Assembly: GCA_963702845.1 (NCBI GenBank)
Contig: OY969763.1
Span: forward strand, 1,632,001 to 1,696,000
Length of the DNA stretch: 64,000 bases
Direction: 5' to 3'
Origin: an uncultured Verrucomicrobiae bacterium
GTDB taxonomy: Bacteria > Verrucomicrobiota > Verrucomicrobiia > Limisphaerales > Palsa-1400
Positions 9,805 through 20,340 of the stretch are shown piece after piece. The translations under genes and the position numbers were made by a program. Each line of letters opens with the position of its first letter. Position 1 is the stretch's first letter. The notes beneath the pieces were generated by a model, which saw nothing but the letters and a program-made list of their open reading frames with translations, did not search any database and was not told the origin of the DNA.

Positions 9805-10533
9805 ATGAACATCGAGGACTCGCGACTGGTGAAGATGGCCGCTACCGCCGGCTCAAGAACAGATTTCTGGATCCAATGGCTGCCCGACGCAAACGTTCGG
9901 GTCATGCTTGAAATCGGCGTATGGAAGGGAGACTACGCTAAAGAAATCCTCCAACGCTGTGAATTTATTGATCGTTATTACATGATTGACCCATGGGCCA
10001 ATCTTGCGGACTGGAACAAACCCCTTAACGTGAAACAGCAGGTGTTCGATGACGTTCATGCCGAGGCAATGGAGAAAACGGCGTTCGCGGCCCAAAAGCG
10101 TCTGGTGCTGCGAGGCAGAACCAAGGATGTGATCGACGAAATTCCCGACGGATCGCTGGACTTTGCCTATATTGATGGCGATCACACCTTGCGCGGGATA
10201 ACGATCGATTTAATTCAAGTCCTGCCCAAAATAAAGGTGGGCGGCTTCATCGGCGGCGACGACTTCTGCAGTTCCCCATGGCAGCACGATGTGCGGTTCG
10301 AGCCAACATTGGTGTGTCCGTTCAGTATTTATTTCGCGGAGGCCATGGCGTTGCCCATCGTGGCTTTGCCGTTTGATCAGTTTCTCATCCAAAAACGAAG
10401 CGACGTCTCCTTTTCGTTCACGGACCCAACTGCAAAGTATGCCGACCTTTCTCTCAATAGACTGGCCATTCCGGAGGAAAAGAATGGCATGATCCACCGG
10501 GCAAAACGGAAGATAGCAAAGCTTGTCGGATAG
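9805..10533 (+). CDS. Class I SAM-dependent methyltransferase (Methyltransf_24-like)
   Basis: LEIGVWKG, DFAYIDGDH, GGFIGGDD. Confidence 0.85.
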   Translation: MNIEDSRLVKMAATAGSRTDFWIQWLPDANVRVMLEIGVWKGDYAKEILQRCEFIDRYYMIDPWANLADWNKPLNVKQQVFDDVHAEAMEKTAFAAQKRLVLRGRTKDVIDEIPDGSLDFAYIDGDHTLRGITIDLIQVLPKIKVGGFIGGDDFCSSPWQHDVRFEPTLVCPFSIYFAEAMALPIVALPFDQFLIQKRSDVSFSFTDPTAKYADLSLNRLAIPEEKNGMIHRAKRKIAKLVG

Positions 10534-10554
10534 TCGCTGATTTCGGTCCACCGA

Positions 10555-11454
10555 TTAAGAACGTATCCTTACGTAGGTAAGGTAGGAGTAGGAGAATGCG
10601 CCGTAGCGGGTTGGCCCGGAAACATCGGGGAATATTTCGTGTTGTTGAATGACTTTTCGCGCCGCTTCGGCTTCAGCGCGGTCAAACTTATAGCTCATTT
10701 CCTTCTTGTGCCAACGCCACTTAATTTCGGGTAGATCGAGCCCGATGCCGCTGTTGAGCATGTTAGCGGTGGGAAAGCCGGGCATGCCATAGGAGTAAAG
10801 TTTATGAACGGCGGGATTGTCGTCGAAAATAACGTGTTTAAAGCCCTTGGCTTTTGCTTCGAGAAGGCGGCGCGCGTGGTTGAAGTGACAATCAAAATAG
10901 ACGAACGATTTGTCCGGGTTGATTTTTCCAAGATCAAAACTCGACCAATCGTGCTCATGAAATTCCGCCCGGCCGCCTTTGTATTCGAGACATGCGAGAC
11001 TGATGTCAAAGCCGTGAATCTTCGCAGTGGGACAGATTTGTCCGAGCATGTGCGTGGTGTGACCTTTCCAGACGCCGCTCTCGACGATTAATTCGGGCTG
11101 GAGCGCTTTGGTGAAAAGATAAATCCAAAAGGTGTTGTGAAAGCCGCTGCCGCCGACGTTGTTTTCGTGATCGCGAGCGGAATACATCGTCAGGAACGAT
11201 TCGGCTTCGCGTTGAAAATTGAAGTCCTTCGGGGCGATGTTCGCCAGGTGTTGCGAAAAAAAGGTGCGCGCAATTTCCGCGAGTTCGTCCGTCAGCATTT
11301 TTCGCAGGGCCGGATTATCCATGTAGCAGGTCGAAGGATCGCGACGTTCTGAATTGGCGACCGACGGTGCAGGAAAATTGCCGAGTCTTGTGATCTGCGC
11401 GCCAAAAGGGCGAAGGAGCGAATTAGCAGTGTGAACAAGGGTGCGCTTGAACAT
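10555..11454 (-). CDS. Methyltransferase-fold hypothetical protein
   Basis: IVESGVWKGHTT, FDCH, IFDDN. Confidence 0.65.
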   Translation of the reverse strand: MFKRTLVHTANSLLRPFGAQITRLGNFPAPSVANSERRDPSTCYMDNPALRKMLTDELAEIARTFFSQHLANIAPKDFNFQREAESFLTMYSARDHENNVGGSGFHNTFWIYLFTKALQPELIVESGVWKGHTTHMLGQICPTAKIHGFDISLACLEYKGGRAEFHEHDWSSFDLGKINPDKSFVYFDCHFNHARRLLEAKAKGFKHVIFDDNPAVHKLYSYGMPGFPTANMLNSGIGLDLPEIKWRWHKKEMSYKFDRAEAEAARKVIQQHEIFPDVSGPTRYGAFSYSYLTYVRIRS

Positions 11455-11576
11455 AGATTTGATGATTAACGCTGGTTGCGGTGCGAATGGCGGACAGTTT
11501 CGTTTGCGCGAAGTCTCTAGTCAACTTTGAATGTCAAAACTGGGTTCCATGAGCGTTTGCTCGACCCGGCCCGCCG

Positions 11577-12362
11577 CTAAATATAACCAAGGCGCTTCAT
11601 GGCCGCGCCTTGCGCCTTCATGAACTGCCCGCTCAGTTCTTTATCAAAATATTCGTCGTAATTCGTTCCGCCCTCACGCACGAACAACTGATTTTTCTCC
11701 TTTGGTTGAATGCCGCGCCGCGGTTGTTCAACGTCCAGTTTCGACATGCTTTCGAATTTTGAAGCGTCCACCGCAAATTTTATCCGGGCCAGATCGACTT
11801 CAATTTTTGCGAACACACAAATCTTGATCAACTCGCCCACCGGATTCGTTTTCAGATCCTCGTAGCGCACAAAAAGAAAACGTGCCGGCCCCTTATCCAG
11901 CCACGAATCGACGTGCGTTCCCCATTTGCCGAACTCCACCTCACCACCATTGAATTTGCGCAGGAATTCACCAAACGTGCACGACTCCGGGATCAGCTTC
12001 ATGCGACGGTGGAAATGAAAATAGGAAACCGCGACATCCTTTCCGTTGCGCACCAGGCAGATGACATTTTTAAATTCCGGACAAAATGGTAGATGGCTTT
12101 TAATGATGCGCGGGCGCGACGTGATCTTCCCGATTTCCTCCGCCTGATAGTGCATATCCGGCATGAACGAAGAGACGTTTAGAAAATCGATTTTTCCGCC
12201 GCTCAAATAATTCCCGATCAGAAAACGCATCCACGTGTTCCCGGATCGCGGATACGAAACCAGAAAAATATCGTCTTCCAGCATCGCGAACGGAACTTTT
12301 GCCCCTTTTGCCGTAATGGGCTGTTCAGATCCTTTAAATAATTTCGACACGGCAAGTTTCAT
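11577..12362 (-). CDS. Sulfotransferase domain protein
   Basis: 5'-PSB SYPRSGNTW, 3'-PB RNGKDVAVSYFHF, RYEDL. Confidence 0.9.
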   Translation of the reverse strand: MKLAVSKLFKGSEQPITAKGAKVPFAMLEDDIFLVSYPRSGNTWMRFLIGNYLSGGKIDFLNVSSFMPDMHYQAEEIGKITSRPRIIKSHLPFCPEFKNVICLVRNGKDVAVSYFHFHRRMKLIPESCTFGEFLRKFNGGEVEFGKWGTHVDSWLDKGPARFLFVRYEDLKTNPVGELIKICVFAKIEVDLARIKFAVDASKFESMSKLDVEQPRRGIQPKEKNQLFVREGGTNYDEYFDKELSGQFMKAQGAAMKRLGYI

Positions 12363-12693
12363 AATTCGGTGTGACGGCGTCTGCGCTGGCTATAATTTGT
12401 ATATATTCACATCGACGTATCCGCAGGAAAAGTTTTTTCTGTTTGGCCTCCGCAACTCTGTGGTTTCCGATCCGATCCCTAAAGTTCGCCCTCCATCACG
12501 GCGGATTCTTTGTGGACGTCCAGGCCATTGTGGTCGACGGTTTTCTTAAGGCGCGACAAGTGCCTCACATATTGCGGACGGGCCGGCACACGCCGAAAAC
12601 CCACGCTAAACCGGGATCAAATACCTTTTGATTTTTTCGTTCGGCCACAGGGCTTGGGCGTAGCTCACGTCTCGAACTAATTCTGACCAAATC

Positions 12694-13179
12694 ATGAATG
12701 ACTGGGATATTCTCGAAACGATTCGCAGCGAAATACACGCTGAACACAACTTTCTCTCCCATCGGATGGCGTGGTATGCCGCCTCGCAGTCCTTTCTGAT
12801 GACTGCATACGCTATTGCCTGGGGCACGGACCATGCAATAGCTTGGCCGCTATTCTTTCAACACGGCATTCCACTTCTTGGGGTCTTACTCAGCATCGGG
12901 ACTTGGCTAGGGATATTCTCCGCTGTTCGAGTCCAGAACAATGTGATTGGCGAGCAGGCTGATTTTATCGAGGAGATGGGAAAGTGTTTTGAGGACGCAA
13001 AGGACACGGCCGCCATCAAGAGACTGGAGCGATACCAGAAGTTTACCTGCTCAGGCCGGGAGGGCGGAAGCGCTTATCATTGGATGGCTATGGTTCCGCC
13101 ATGCGTCATCCCATTTATCTTTGTTGCCACCTGGTTGACTGCGTGGCTCATCAGCATCCTCCACCGGGGACCTGTTTGA
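12694..13179 (+). CDS. Hypothetical small membrane protein (about 3 TM)
   Basis: 161-aa ORF, RMAWYAASQSFL motif, hydrophobic segments. Confidence 0.65.
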   Translation: MNDWDILETIRSEIHAEHNFLSHRMAWYAASQSFLMTAYAIAWGTDHAIAWPLFFQHGIPLLGVLLSIGTWLGIFSAVRVQNNVIGEQADFIEEMGKCFEDAKDTAAIKRLERYQKFTCSGREGGSAYHWMAMVPPCVIPFIFVATWLTAWLISILHRGPV

Positions 13180-13366
13180 AATTATGAATTAAAAACGAAG
13201 CGAGATAATGAGCATAATCCAAAAAGCGGGGGGAGTCGCTCAGTCAAGGAATGCAGAGGGCAGCGCGGTGCTTCCCGGGGTTAAAAAGGAAAACAAAGTT
13301 TCACATTCTGTTCCCCGTAGCTTTAGTGAAGGTGAAATCACGAAGCGGCGACGAAGGAGTTAAATG

Positions 13367-13654
13367 TTAGATGTCAGAGATTTCCGCTCTTTCCGTTATC
13401 TCCAATAAAATCTCGAGCTCAGCGGAACCTATCGGATGTTCCTTTAGAAGGCCCTGAACGCCGTTTCGCTGCAGCGTGGCGGGCGGTACGCTAACCCGCA
13501 AATTTTGGACAGTCATAAATGAAAAGCGCATGGTTTCTTTTCGCCGCCGGTTTTCGATGATGACGAACATGCACGCTTGACTGTTGGGTTTTCTCTGAAG
13601 TTTGGTGTGCGAGCTCGACGTTCGGGTTGAAATTTGAATTTTCTCCACCTGCAT
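13367..13654 (-). CDS. Hypothetical protein (start uncertain)
   Basis: ORF in intergenic gap, no recognisable motif. Confidence 0.3.
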   Translation of the reverse strand: MQVEKIQISTRTSSSHTKLQRKPNSQACMFVIIENRRRKETMRFSFMTVQNLRVSVPPATLQRNGVQGLLKEHPIGSAELEILLEITERAEISDI

Positions 13655-13810
13655 CCAAGCCTCATTGCAGGTGTATTTTAATCGTGCCGGAAATACGTTG
13701 AACTACGCCGAAATACACCTAACTACACCTTTAACAAAAAAGATAATTCGGGGCAGCGACCGCTTGAAATTTCTCGCGCAAACCCCCTCACATCCGTTAA
13801 ACGAATACTC

Positions 13811-15226
13811 ATGCACCGCCTGTTCAAGACAGCTCGAAACCTCGTTTGCGCGATCTTACTGCTGCTGCCGCTGCTCGCGACCGCCGCCGAGCGCCCGAAC
13901 ATTCTCTATTGCCTGGCTGATGATTGGTCGTATCCGCATGCAGGTGTTTACGGTGACAAAGTCATTCACACACCGAATTTCGACCGCATCGCACACGAAG
14001 GCGCGCTCTTCACCCACGCGTTTTCCTCCGCGCCAAGCTGCACGCCATCGCGCGCCGCCATGCTGACTGGCCGGCCGGTCCACCAACTTCGCGAAGGCGC
14101 GAACCTCTATGGCTTTCTGCCCAAACAGTTCCAGGTCTATCCCAACATCCTCGAACGGGCCGGTTACGTCGTCGGTTTCACTGGCAAAGGCTGGGCGCCG
14201 GGCAACAATGAAGCCTCAAATCGGACACGCAATCCGGCCGGGCCGCACTTTGGCAACTTCGAGGGCTTCCTGAAAACCGTTCCAAAAGACAAACCATTCT
14301 GCTTTTGGTTCGGCAGCCATTACCCGCATCGCCCGTACAAAAAAGGCCAGGGCCTCGCCGCGGGACTAAAACTTGAAGATGTCAAAGTCCCGCCGTTCTG
14401 GCCTGACACAAAGGAAACCCGCAGCGACATTCTCGATTACTACGAAGCGTCCCAGCAATTCGACCGTCAGGTTGGCGAATGTTTGGCGCTCTTGGAAAAA
14501 AATGGCTTCGCGAAAAACACCGTCATCGTTATCAGCGGCGACAACGGCTGGCCCTTTCCACGCGGCAAAGCAAATCTTCACGATGCCGGCACGCGTCAAC
14601 CGCTCGCTGTGCGCTGGCCCGGCGTCGTCAAACCCGGCCAAACCATCGATGCACTCGTCAACCTCTACGATCTCGCGCCGACATTTGTGGACATCGCCGG
14701 CATACAACCGTTCTCCTTCATGACTGGCCAAAGCTGGGTGCCGTTGCTCAAAGGTCAACCACAGACCGGACGTACCTACGTTTATCTCGAGCGCGAACGC
14801 CACGCGAACTGCCGCAAAGGCGATCTCAGCTATCCCGCTCGCGCCATTCGCAATGATTCTTACCTCTACATCCAAAACCTGCGTCCTGAACGCTGGCCCG
14901 CTGGTGATCCGGAAAAGTATGTTGCCGTCGGTCCATACGGCGATTGTGATGACGGCCCAACCAAGCACGAAATCATCGACAATCACACCGAACCATTCTT
15001 CCAGTTGGCTTTTGCTAAACGACCCGGTGAAGAACTCTACGATTTAAAGAAGGATCCCGATCAACTCACGAACGTTGCCGATCGCGCTGAATACGCCAAA
15101 GCGAAAAAAGAAATGCGCGTGAACCTGATAAACTGGATGAGCAAGACCGATGACCCGCGTTACGATCACGACGACGATCATTGGGATAAATACGAATATT
15201 TCGGTGGCGGGCCCAAGTCGAAGTAG
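13811..15226 (+). CDS. Formylglycine-dependent sulfatase (sulfamidase-like)
   Basis: Signal peptide, PNIL..LADD, CTPSRAAMLTG, ELYDLKKDP. Confidence 0.92.
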   Translation: MHRLFKTARNLVCAILLLLPLLATAAERPNILYCLADDWSYPHAGVYGDKVIHTPNFDRIAHEGALFTHAFSSAPSCTPSRAAMLTGRPVHQLREGANLYGFLPKQFQVYPNILERAGYVVGFTGKGWAPGNNEASNRTRNPAGPHFGNFEGFLKTVPKDKPFCFWFGSHYPHRPYKKGQGLAAGLKLEDVKVPPFWPDTKETRSDILDYYEASQQFDRQVGECLALLEKNGFAKNTVIVISGDNGWPFPRGKANLHDAGTRQPLAVRWPGVVKPGQTIDALVNLYDLAPTFVDIAGIQPFSFMTGQSWVPLLKGQPQTGRTYVYLERERHANCRKGDLSYPARAIRNDSYLYIQNLRPERWPAGDPEKYVAVGPYGDCDDGPTKHEIIDNHTEPFFQLAFAKRPGEELYDLKKDPDQLTNVADRAEYAKAKKEMRVNLINWMSKTDDPRYDHDDDHWDKYEYFGGGPKSK

Positions 15227-15229
15227 CGT

Positions 15230-16522
15230 TTATTCGCCCTTCGCCAGTTCCGGCAGGAACCACGAAACGACCGCAGCCACGGCGAACAATCCGCCGATGG
15301 CGAGCAGCGCGATTCGGAAATCACCAACGGGCGAATAAAGCCCGAACACTACGGTTCCGATACCGGCAGCAATGCGGCCGATGTTGTAGCAAAACCCGGC
15401 TCCAGTCGTGCGCAGCAGAGTAGGGAAGAGCGGTGGCATGTACATTGTAAACAGCCCGAACATGCCCGAGCAGAATCCGATGATTGGTAGATAAATTTGC
15501 AGTTCCTCCGGCCCGCGCGGAATCCGAAACGCCTGCCAGAACGCGAACACAAACGCGATGCACGATAAAAAAATCGTTCGTCGATAACCGATAAATGTCG
15601 CGATCCACGACGAAAAATAATTTCCAAATATCGAGATCCCAACGACGAGGAAGAATATCTTCGAAATAAACTGCTGCTTCTCCAGCGCGCTCCAGTTCGC
15701 CAGTTGCGGCAGATTGCGCAGGTGTTGCGGATGCCAAAACATGAACGCCCACCAACCGGTCAACGTGAACGAGCACACCGCGATCGTCAGCAACGTCGTC
15801 TTGAGAATCTCTCCTTTGAACAGCTCGCGCACTTTTGGCTTATGCTGTGCCTTCAGATTCGCTTCACGCCATTCATCGGGTTCCGGAACATTGCGGCGAA
15901 TCCAAAACACGATCAGCGCGGGCAACACGCCAATCAGAAATACATAACGCTCTGGCTGGCCCGCGAGTTTATAGACCACATAACACGCGCATAGAATGCC
16001 AACATTCACACCGGTCTGCAAAACCGCTGCAATCCAAGGGCGCCACTGTTTCGGCCACGTTTCAGAAAGCAAGCTCGCGCCGACCGCCCATTCACCGCCG
16101 ATACCGAGAGCCGACACAAAACGGAAAATCAACAACTGCCACCAGGTGTGCGCAAAAAACGAGACGCCCGTAAAGACCGCATAAGTTAATATCGTGAGAC
16201 TCAGCGCACGGCTGCGTCCCAGTTTATCTCCGAGTCGTCCAAAGAATCCGCCACCGAGGGCCCATCCAATCAAAAATGCCGCCTGAATCCAGGCGCTATA
16301 TTTCTTCACCAACGGATCGGCTGTGCTCTCCACATTGATTAAGTGCGCCACAAACGGGGCCGCAACCAACGTGTAGAGATGCATGTCCAGGCCATCGAAG
16401 AACCATCCCAGCCAAGCCGCGATTCCCGATTTCCATTGTCGTGACGAAAGCCCTCCAACACCTGTTGGCGCGATCGCGATATCGCGAGACGTCACCGCAG
16501 CGGGTTGTTCGGATGAGGGCAT
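15230..16522 (-). CDS. MFS transporter
   Basis: GRLGDKLGR motif A, GIGGEW, about 12 TM. Confidence 0.9.
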   Translation of the reverse strand: MPSSEQPAAVTSRDIAIAPTGVGGLSSRQWKSGIAAWLGWFFDGLDMHLYTLVAAPFVAHLINVESTADPLVKKYSAWIQAAFLIGWALGGGFFGRLGDKLGRSRALSLTILTYAVFTGVSFFAHTWWQLLIFRFVSALGIGGEWAVGASLLSETWPKQWRPWIAAVLQTGVNVGILCACYVVYKLAGQPERYVFLIGVLPALIVFWIRRNVPEPDEWREANLKAQHKPKVRELFKGEILKTTLLTIAVCSFTLTGWWAFMFWHPQHLRNLPQLANWSALEKQQFISKIFFLVVGISIFGNYFSSWIATFIGYRRTIFLSCIAFVFAFWQAFRIPRGPEELQIYLPIIGFCSGMFGLFTMYMPPLFPTLLRTTGAGFCYNIGRIAAGIGTVVFGLYSPVGDFRIALLAIGGLFAVAAVVSWFLPELAKGE

Positions 16523-16560
16523 GCGCGCGCAGTTTAAACAGGCAATCGCCGCAGCGGAAT

Positions 16561-16590
16561 AAAAAAGAGCCCCGGACTAAGCCGGGGCTT
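16561..16590 (-). terminator. Rho-independent terminator
   Basis: Stem agccccgg/ccggggct followed by a T run on the minus strand, downstream of 16618-16956. Confidence 0.8.
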
Positions 16591-16617
16591 GTTTCACAAC
16601 TCAACTATGCAACCAAC

Positions 16618-16956
16618 TTACCTGCGGTAGTAGCCGTGTTCGTATCCATGACCGTAATAACCGCGGCCGGCATACGCATACCGATGGGGATAGTAGTATT
16701 GCGGCGCGACATACACGCGGGCGGGAGGGCATGTCGGAGCCACGACCACCGACGGGTAGGCGGGCTGATAAACCACTTGGGGGGCTGGTGCGCAATAGTC
16801 AGACTGCGCGTAGACCACCGGCGCTGGATGGGACACGACCACCGTTGGCACTGGGATCGGCAAGGGAAGACCGAACCCAAAACCGACGTGCACTCCTGCA
16901 TGCGCGGCGGAAGCGGCTCCGATTAGAATTGCTGACAGTAAGAATAATTTTTTCAT
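16618..16956 (-). CDS. Small secreted Pro/Tyr-rich protein
   Basis: MKKLFLLSAILIGAASAAHA signal peptide, then GVHVGFGFGLP and PVVY repeats. Confidence 0.75.
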   Translation of the reverse strand: MKKLFLLSAILIGAASAAHAGVHVGFGFGLPLPIPVPTVVVSHPAPVVYAQSDYCAPAPQVVYQPAYPSVVVAPTCPPARVYVAPQYYYPHRYAYAGRGYYGHGYEHGYYRR

Positions 16957-17193
16957 ACAACCTTTCGACGACAGTATAGGCGATTTATTGAGCAAAAATG
17001 CGATTTTTTGAGCGTTTTTCTTTGAATAAATCGGAGGCTAAAGAGTCTGACATCGCCGCAGATACTTAAGGCAGGCTTATGGGTGTTTGTATCTTAGACT
17101 CCGGGTCGCAACCCAAATTAGACGGACGAAAATGGATTGGTGTTAATTGGCATTTGTAACTTTCTGCGCATCTGAGGTATCTATCAGCGCGAA

Positions 17194-20100
17194 ATGAACC
17201 TCGTTTCCCCCGCGATGCGTCGCCCGATCACCACATTGGTGATCATTCTGGGGGTCTGCCTGGGAGGTGTGCTGGCCTGGCGACAAATGGCGCGGGATAT
17301 TTTTCCGCCGCTCGGGGTTCCAACAATTTACGTGGCGCAGCCCTACGGAGGAATGGACCCGGCGCAGATGGAGGGGTATCTCACGTATTATTACGAGTAC
17401 CACTTTCTTTACATCACGGGCATCGAACACGTTGAATCGAAGTCCATTCAGGGTGCGGCGATCATCAAACTGCAATTTCACCCCGACATGGATATGTCGC
17501 AGGCGATGGCGGAAACGATTTCGTATGTGAATCGCGCCCGTGCGTTCATGCCGCCTGGAACGGTGCCGCCGTTCGTAATGCGCTTCGATGCTGGAAGCGT
17601 GCCGGTTGGACAACTCGTGTTTTCGAGCGAAACGAAGACTGTTGGACAAATGCAGGACGCAGCGTTGAATTTGGTGCGTCCGTTGTTTGCGACTTTGCCT
17701 GGTGTCTCGGCGCCGCCGCCTTTTGGTGGCAGTGCTCGTTCGATCGTCGTCAATCTGAAGCCGGATCGGTTGCGTGCATATAATATGTCGCCCGACGAAG
17801 TCGTCGGAGCCATCTCAACGGCTAACACGATCAGCCCGTCCGGCAACATGCGTTTGCAGGACAAATATCCAATGGTTCCTGCCAATGCGGTTGCGAAAAA
17901 TTTTAAAGATCTCGAAACTGTCCCGATTCGCACGGGGACGTTCCCAACTGTTTTCGTTCGCGACGTCGGTGAAGTGATCGATGGGTCTGACATCGTCACG
18001 AGTATCGCTCTGGTGAACGGGCGTCGCACGGTTTACATCCCGGTGACGAAGCGTTCGGATGCGTCCACGTTGTCGGTTGTCGAGCTGGTTAAAAAGAACC
18101 TGCCTAAGTTTCAGAGCGTTTTGCCGGACGACGTGAAGGTCAGCTATGAGTTCGATCAATCGCCGTATGTGACGCGCGCGATTGATTCGCTGCTGCGCGA
18201 AGGTTTGCTCGGCGCAATTCTGACAGGGGTGATGGTGTTGTTGTTTTTGCGTGATTGGCGAAGCGCATTGATTGTTGTGCTCAACATTCCGATTTCGCTG
18301 ATTGCAGCGTTGTGCGCGCTTTCGATTACGAAACAGAACATCAACCTGATGACGCTGGGTGGTTTGGCGCTAGCGGTCGGCATCCTTGTTGACGAAGCGA
18401 CTGTCACAATTGAGAACATCCACACGCACAGGGCGAACGGAGAACCGCTCGCGCACGCTGCTTTCAACGCAACCAACGAAACGGCCATTCCGCGCTTTCT
18501 TGCGATGCTCTGCGTGCTCGCCGTTTTCATCCCGGCATTTTTCATGGTGGGTGCGGCGAAGGCGTTGTTTGTTCCATTATCGCTCGCGGTCGGGTTCTCG
18601 ATGATTGCGTCGTTTTTGCTCTCCAGTTCGCTCGTGCCGATTTTGTCGGTGTGGGTTGGGAACAAATCGAGCGGCGAACACAAGCCAGGTGCGTTTGCGA
18701 GATTCCAAAGTGGTTATGCCCGCGTTGCGCGAGGTCTTGTGCGCGTGCGTTGGATTATTATGTTGGTCTATTTGTTGGTCGCGGCCGCGGTAATTTATTT
18801 TGTTGGTGGCGGGCTCGGCACTGAAATCTTTCCTCGAGTCGAAGCCGGCCAATTACAGCTAAGACTGCGCGGGCCAACCGGAACGCTGGTCGAAAAAACT
18901 GAAACCACAGCGCTGGCGGTGCTAAACAGCATCAAGGAGGAAGTCGGGGCCACGAATATCGAAACGACGATCGGCCTGCTTGGCGTTCACAGTTCAGCTT
19001 ATCCGGTCAATTTCATCCACCTTTGGAATAGCGGTCCCGAAGAAGGCGTGCTCCAGGTGCAATTCAACCGCGGTTCAGGAATTCAAAGCGAACAATTAAA
19101 AGAAAATCTTCGCGCAAAATTTGCGAGGGAATTTCCTGATGTTACGTTTTCCTTTGAACCCGCCGACATCGTCAGTCGCGTGATGAGCATGGGCGCGAGC
19201 ACCCCGATTGAAGTCGCGGTGAGTGGTCCAAACCTCGTCGCCAGCCGAGAATACGCGGAGAAAATCAGGGAGCAACTGGTGAAAATCCCGGCGTTGCGCG
19301 ATATCCGTTTCGCTCAGGCGCTCGATTATCCGACGGTGGAAGTTGCGATCGATCGGGAACGTGCCGGGCTGATTGGTGTGAAGACGGCCGATGCGACTCG
19401 CTCGCTTGTGGAGGCTACTACTTCAAGTCGTTTCACCGTGCCGAATTATTGGGCGGATCCGAACACCGGTGTCAGTTACCTGCTTCAAGTGCAAATTCCG
19501 CAGGACAAGATGACGTCGATCGAGGATTTGAAGAACGTTCCGGTCATCGGCAAGAACGGCCAGCCGGTGCTCTTGCGGTCAGTAGCAAATATCACCAGCG
19601 GCACGGCTGTTGGTGAATACGACCGCTACAACATGCAACGGATGATTACACTGACCGCAAACCTGCATGACTCGGATCTCGGAACGGTGGCGCGCCAGAT
19701 CAATGCTGCGTTGCAAAAAGTCGGTAATCCACCCCCGAAATCGCGCGTCGATGTGCGCGGTCAAACTGTTCCGTTGGAACAAATGTTGAGCGGATTGCAA
19801 ACCGGATTGCTGCTCGCAATCGTCGTTATTTTTCTACTGCTTGCGGCGTATTTCGAATCGGTGTTGCTGGCTCTGATTGTTATTTCGACAATTCCCGCAG
19901 TGGTCGCCGGAGTGGCGCTGAGCCTTTGGCTGACGGGCACGACGATCAATATCCAATCATTTATGGGCGCAATTATGGCGGTGGGCGTTGCCGTCGCTAA
20001 CGCAATCCTGCTTGTGACATTCGCTGAACGTGCTCGCGTGGGTGGCGCTGATTCGAATGCAGCCGCTGTTGAAGGCGCCAGCAGTCGTTTGCGGCCGATT

Positions 20101-20340
20101 CTCATGACGAGTCTGGCGATGATTGCGGGTATGTTGCCGATGGCGCTTGGGATTGGCGAAGGATCCGAACAAACAGCGCCGCTGGGTCGCGCGGTTATTG
20201 GCGGGTTGATTGCCGGGACGATTGCGACCTTGCTCGTATTGTCGTCGGTATTCAGCATCATGCGCGCGCGGAGCAGTCGAAAATCAAATTCTTTGGATCC
20301 GAATGATCCGCAAAGCGGTTATGCCGCAGTTCGATCATGA
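17194..20340 (+). CDS. RND efflux transporter permease subunit (AcrB/CusA family)
   Basis: 1048 aa, GILVDEATV.IENI, RLRPILMT. Confidence 0.95.
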   Translation: MNLVSPAMRRPITTLVIILGVCLGGVLAWRQMARDIFPPLGVPTIYVAQPYGGMDPAQMEGYLTYYYEYHFLYITGIEHVESKSIQGAAIIKLQFHPDMDMSQAMAETISYVNRARAFMPPGTVPPFVMRFDAGSVPVGQLVFSSETKTVGQMQDAALNLVRPLFATLPGVSAPPPFGGSARSIVVNLKPDRLRAYNMSPDEVVGAISTANTISPSGNMRLQDKYPMVPANAVAKNFKDLETVPIRTGTFPTVFVRDVGEVIDGSDIVTSIALVNGRRTVYIPVTKRSDASTLSVVELVKKNLPKFQSVLPDDVKVSYEFDQSPYVTRAIDSLLREGLLGAILTGVMVLLFLRDWRSALIVVLNIPISLIAALCALSITKQNINLMTLGGLALAVGILVDEATVTIENIHTHRANGEPLAHAAFNATNETAIPRFLAMLCVLAVFIPAFFMVGAAKALFVPLSLAVGFSMIASFLLSSSLVPILSVWVGNKSSGEHKPGAFARFQSGYARVARGLVRVRWIIMLVYLLVAAAVIYFVGGGLGTEIFPRVEAGQLQLRLRGPTGTLVEKTETTALAVLNSIKEEVGATNIETTIGLLGVHSSAYPVNFIHLWNSGPEEGVLQVQFNRGSGIQSEQLKENLRAKFAREFPDVTFSFEPADIVSRVMSMGASTPIEVAVSGPNLVASREYAEKIREQLVKIPALRDIRFAQALDYPTVEVAIDRERAGLIGVKTADATRSLVEATTSSRFTVPNYWADPNTGVSYLLQVQIPQDKMTSIEDLKNVPVIGKNGQPVLLRSVANITSGTAVGEYDRYNMQRMITLTANLHDSDLGTVARQINAALQKVGNPPPKSRVDVRGQTVPLEQMLSGLQTGLLLAIVVIFLLLAAYFESVLLALIVISTIPAVVAGVALSLWLTGTTINIQSFMGAIMAVGVAVANAILLVTFAERARVGGADSNAAAVEGASSRLRPILMTSLAMIAGMLPMALGIGEGSEQTAPLGRAVIGGLIAGTIATLLVLSSVFSIMRARSSRKSNSLDPNDPQSGYAAVRS

